A DNA stretch of 64,000 nucleotides, taken from NCBI GenBank assembly GCA_964291405.2, contig OZ219926.1, forward strand, positions 3,968,001 through 4,032,000, read 5' to 3'. Of this stretch, positions 60,745-64,000 are shown one piece after another; position 1 is the first letter of the stretch; the number at the start of each line of letters is the position of its first letter. Source of the DNA: Thermodesulfobacteriota bacterium (GTDB taxonomy: Bacteria > Desulfobacterota > Binatia > Bin18). The notes beneath the pieces were generated by a model, which saw only the letters and a list, made by a program, of their open reading frames with translations, had not been told where the DNA came from and did not search any database. Position numbers and translations under genes: made by a program.

Positions 60745-61245
60745 TTATGCTTCACAAATATCCGCCCATTTTTCGACCGTAAGCGGACCTTTCAGCGTTT
60801 GCAGCAGTATGACGCACGGCTGTTCGGTAAGAAACTGATAGGCCGCACCGGCCGGGAGCAGGGCTTGATGCCCGCGCCGGAGTTTCATCCAGCCCATCGG
60901 TTTGCCGACGGGCGATCTTGACAAACGCACCGACCCTTGCGTATCCGGCGACACAACGGAGGCTGGGTCGTCGAGTTTGACCAGATGGAGCTCCAGGTGT
61001 CCGTCCATCACTACCGCGAACTCATCGTGCGCCGCGGTAAACCAGTCTGAGCGGCCTTCCGCGCGCAGGACTTCGACCACGTACTCCAGGTTTTCCGCTA
61101 CAGCGATCTTTTCATACGGCTGGGCCTGAGAAGCCACCTCAAAGATATTGGAAAAGGCATAATGCCGGGCCTGGTCGTTAATGATCTCGACCCGGCCTTT
61201 CTCGTACCGCTCCAGGGAACCAAACACGGTCGTGTATTCCGACAT
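60745..61245 (-). CDS. hapC: Hydroquinone 1,2-dioxygenase small subunit (HapC/PnpC-like)
   Basis: FGSLERYEKG, YAFSNIFEVA, HDEF, GHQALLP; directly upstream of the large subunit. Confidence 0.85.
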   Translation of the reverse strand: MSEYTTVFGSLERYEKGRVEIINDQARHYAFSNIFEVASQAQPYEKIAVAENLEYVVEVLRAEGRSDWFTAAHDEFAVVMDGHLELHLVKLDDPASVVSPDTQGSVRLSRSPVGKPMGWMKLRRGHQALLPAGAAYQFLTEQPCVILLQTLKGPLTVEKWADICEA

Positions 61246-61296
61246 ACTGCTCCCTCCTGATACTGCCAGCTTGTTCGGCTGTGAACATAGCCTGCG

Positions 61297-62295
61297 TCAG
61301 CAGCGTTTTGCCACCTCAACCATGCGCGAGACCTTGCCCATGGCAATATCCGTTGTGCGACGGCCCAAGCCGCAGGACGGCGCGATCCACAGCCGGTCTG
61401 CTTCTACATATTTGAGCACCTCACGAATGCGCTCCTCAATCTGCGTGTTGGTTTCGACCGGAGCTTTGACATCGACAATGCCGGCAATGACCTGCATGCC
61501 TTTGGGAATATCGCGCAGACAGATCCGGTCGGCCCACTGGCCAGGGTGGGAGCATTCCAGGTGGACCTTGTCGATCACACCGGCCAGTCGCTCAATATAG
61601 GGCAGTAGCGCATGAAGATTATGGATGGTGACGGCAGACTGCGAACCGAGATCGCCCAGGCAACAGTGGATGGTTTTGAGCGTATCAACCCCTTCAAAGC
61701 TCCTGGCGATCAAATCGGCTGCCTCTTCGGGGGCGAGGCGGCCCAGGACGGAGCGGATGGCGACCGTGGGAATATCCAGTTGAATCTCCCGGACTTTGGC
61801 TACCGCGAGCCCGCGCAGCTCCCGATTCACGATCTCGATGGCCCGTGGAAGCTGAGCCCGGACCGTATCCGTCCATTTGAGGTGCCCGAGCACTTCTAAA
61901 GGACCGGGGACGGCAACTTTATCCAGGCTCGGTTCAATATGAGATTCCCGACGGAATGCCTCGACATAGCCCAGACCGCGGGGCGCGTCGATTTCGCCGG
62001 TCAGTTCGTAGCGGGCAACGTCCTTATACGTCCGTAATTCGTCGGCTTGGGGTTTCACCAGGCGGATGCCTGTGAGTTGACGGGGAATGTGCTGAATGAA
62101 GACCTCGGCGAAAAATTCGCCGCCCATGAACTGGGTCACGCCGGTCGCCTGCTGTTCGCGGATGGCCGCTTCTGCCGCGCCGCTGAGCGTCGGTTTGACG
62201 AGCATGTCGGGCAATTGTCCCCGGTGATACTGTAACAAGCGGTTACGGTAGTGTTCAGGCAGAGGCCAACTTCCTACGACCGTTGTTCGGATCAT
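61297..62295 (-). CDS. Cobalamin-independent methionine synthase II-like zinc protein (single barrel)
   Basis: TTVVGSWP, IQLDIP, HCCLG (HxC), LE, PSCGL. Confidence 0.8.
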   Translation of the reverse strand: MIRTTVVGSWPLPEHYRNRLLQYHRGQLPDMLVKPTLSGAAEAAIREQQATGVTQFMGGEFFAEVFIQHIPRQLTGIRLVKPQADELRTYKDVARYELTGEIDAPRGLGYVEAFRRESHIEPSLDKVAVPGPLEVLGHLKWTDTVRAQLPRAIEIVNRELRGLAVAKVREIQLDIPTVAIRSVLGRLAPEEAADLIARSFEGVDTLKTIHCCLGDLGSQSAVTIHNLHALLPYIERLAGVIDKVHLECSHPGQWADRICLRDIPKGMQVIAGIVDVKAPVETNTQIEERIREVLKYVEADRLWIAPSCGLGRRTTDIAMGKVSRMVEVAKRC

Positions 62296-62483
62296 GGCAA
62301 CGATATATCCTTCTCGCTTGACACCTGACCGGCACGGGACGAGAAAAGCACGGTAGCGCACTCCTGCCCGGAACGGAAGCCGCGTTCCGCTCATCCCTGT
62401 ATCTGTCTTGACAGCAAGAGTACGATTGGTCACGGATAGGAGCGGGCAAAGCGAGATGGAAAAACAACTACACAGGAGGAAAT

Positions 62484-63389
62484 ATGATTCACGTCACAGA
62501 GTTGGGATATATGGGTGTTGGCGTCAAGGATATCGACACCTGGAAGCATTTTGCGGCTAATATCATCGGCTGGGAAATTGCGGATGAAGGTGAAGGCGAC
62601 CGCTGCTACGCGCGCATGGACTATTGGCATCATCGAATTGTCCTGCACAACGATCCAAGCGACGATCTACTCTATCTTGGCTTTCGGGTTGCCGGACCCG
62701 AAGAGTTCGGGCAGATGCAACAGCAGTTGTCCGAGGCGGATATCGCCTTCCGCGTGGGATCGTCGGACGAAGCCGCCGAGCGCCGCGTATTGGAGGTCTT
62801 GAAACTCGCCGACCCCAACGGCAATCCCGTCGAGATTTTTCATGGCCCGCAGGTGCAGTTCAGCCAGCCTTTCTATCCCGGCCGCCGCATGCACGATCGG
62901 TTCAAGACCGGCGCGGGCGGACTGGGGCACTGCATTGTCGGCCAACAGGATACGGAGGCGGCCTATCGCTTTTACCGCGCCCTGGGCATGCGCGGCAGCG
63001 TGGAATACCAGATTCACAGAGGTAAGCAGGTGATCGCGCCAGTCTTTATGCACTGCAATGAGCGTGACCACTCCGTGGCCTTTGGGATCGGCCCGTCCGA
63101 ACAGCGCCTCAACCATATTATGGTCGAGGTGAACAATCTGGACGACGTGGGCCTGACCTATGAGATCGTCCGTGAACATAAGGTGCCGGTCGCCATTACA
63201 CCGGGGAAACACTCCAACGACCACATGTATTCCTTCTATTTCCGCACGCCCTCGGGCTGGCTGATTGAGTATGGCTGGGGCGGACGGCCCGCGACCCATC
63301 AGTCCGAATACTATGTGCGCGACGTCTATGGCCATGCGCCCGAAGAGGGCGGCTTTGACGTGCAGAGTGAATCCCGCAAGGCCGGGTAA
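62484..63389 (+). CDS. Type I extradiol dioxygenase (BphC/NahC/HsaC-like)
   Basis: LGYMG, RMDYWHHRI, GLGH, HCNERDHS, LNHIMVE, GKHSND...SFYFRTPSGWLIEYG. Confidence 0.93.
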   Translation: MIHVTELGYMGVGVKDIDTWKHFAANIIGWEIADEGEGDRCYARMDYWHHRIVLHNDPSDDLLYLGFRVAGPEEFGQMQQQLSEADIAFRVGSSDEAAERRVLEVLKLADPNGNPVEIFHGPQVQFSQPFYPGRRMHDRFKTGAGGLGHCIVGQQDTEAAYRFYRALGMRGSVEYQIHRGKQVIAPVFMHCNERDHSVAFGIGPSEQRLNHIMVEVNNLDDVGLTYEIVREHKVPVAITPGKHSNDHMYSFYFRTPSGWLIEYGWGGRPATHQSEYYVRDVYGHAPEEGGFDVQSESRKAG

Positions 63390-63421
63390 ACGTGCTGGTG
63401 TAAAGAGAGAGGAGGGTGAGT

Positions 63422-64000
63422 ATGAAAATCGACGTTCACACCCATTTCTTATCCGAACGCATCGCCCGTACGCTCGAAAAACGGAATGACTTCCCCTACA
63501 CCCGGCTGGTGGACGGTACGTATCATTTTCACTGCTGTCAGGGCTTAACCATTCCCATGCTGCCTCCCTTGTACGACATGCAGACCAAGCTGGCGCATAT
63601 GGATGAGGCCGGTATTGACATCTCCATCCTGAGTCTTGCCGTGCCCGGTCCGGACCGGGTAGGGGGTGCTCAGGCCGACGATCTGGCCCGGATTGCGAAC
63701 GATCTCCTGGCCGAACTCATTGCCGCCCACCCGGACCGCTTCTGGGGCTATGCGACTTTAGGATTTGGGGAGCCTGAGGCGACGCTCAGGGAACTCGACC
63801 GCTGTATCTCGGAACTCAACTTTCGTGGCCTTCAGTTGTATTCCAATATCAACGACAAGCCGCTCGACTCTCCCGAGTTCCGTCCCGTTTTCGCGCGTAT
63901 GGCCGAACTCGGTCGGCCAATCTTTATTCACCCCACGGTGCCTTTGAATCAGCGCTATTTGATGGATCTGGTGCCGGTGCCGGTACTGGCGTTTATGGTG
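63422..64000 (+). CDS. Amidohydrolase_2 family protein (ACMSD/LigW-like), runs off the window
   Basis: GGAGG RBS; MKIDVHTH, MDEAGID, HPDRF, IFIHP; absent from ORF track. Confidence 0.88.
   Translation, partial: MKIDVHTHFLSERIARTLEKRNDFPYTRLVDGTYHFHCCQGLTIPMLPPLYDMQTKLAHMDEAGIDISILSLAVPGPDRVGGAQADDLARIANDLLAELIAAHPDRFWGYATLGFGEPEATLRELDRCISELNFRGLQLYSNINDKPLDSPEFRPVFARMAELGRPIFIHPTVPLNQRYLMDLVPVPVLAFMV

Noticed and set aside
1-64000. Genome-wide TGA reassignment
   Set aside because: Many full-length genes end correctly at TGA (e.g. 1389, 4236, 6788, 18834)
1-64000. CRISPR array, tRNA (including tRNA-Sec), rRNA, transposase, integrase
   Set aside because: None recognisable by eye; the repeats are isolated palindromes

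Overview
GC-rich bacterial chromosomal window with no rRNA, tRNA, CRISPR array or transposase that I can recognise. It is dominated by catabolic and redox genes: 7 luciferase-like (LLM) flavin oxidoreductases, 3 paralogous SDRs, a CoA-transferase, an acyl-CoA dehydrogenase pair, a Tat-exported sulfite oxidase with cytochrome c, and hydroquinone and extradiol dioxygenases. It also holds an mdh-frdABCD-fumC operon, a stand-alone family-A DNA polymerase, and a TA/defence island (about 44-53.7 kb: DUF29, Uma2, HicB, DUF5131-TcmP-AbiGi-like, type IIG/ISP-like RM). The content resembles uncultured Binatia/Tectomicrobia-like lineages, which is inference only. The most notable signal is three genes with an in-frame TGA at a Cys-type position, each followed by a bacterial-SECIS-like hairpin; the ORF track splits or truncates all three. 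They are an AhpD-like protein (CHYU), a glutaredoxin-like protein (UGPY) and a linalool dehydratase/isomerase-family protein whose apparent stop is followed by a U-S-C-C tail. I do not recognise the last as a described selenoprotein family. Four genes carry frameshifts that look like long-read errors, and several gene fossils sit beside REP-like palindromes. All family assignments come from motif recognition by eye, not database searches.
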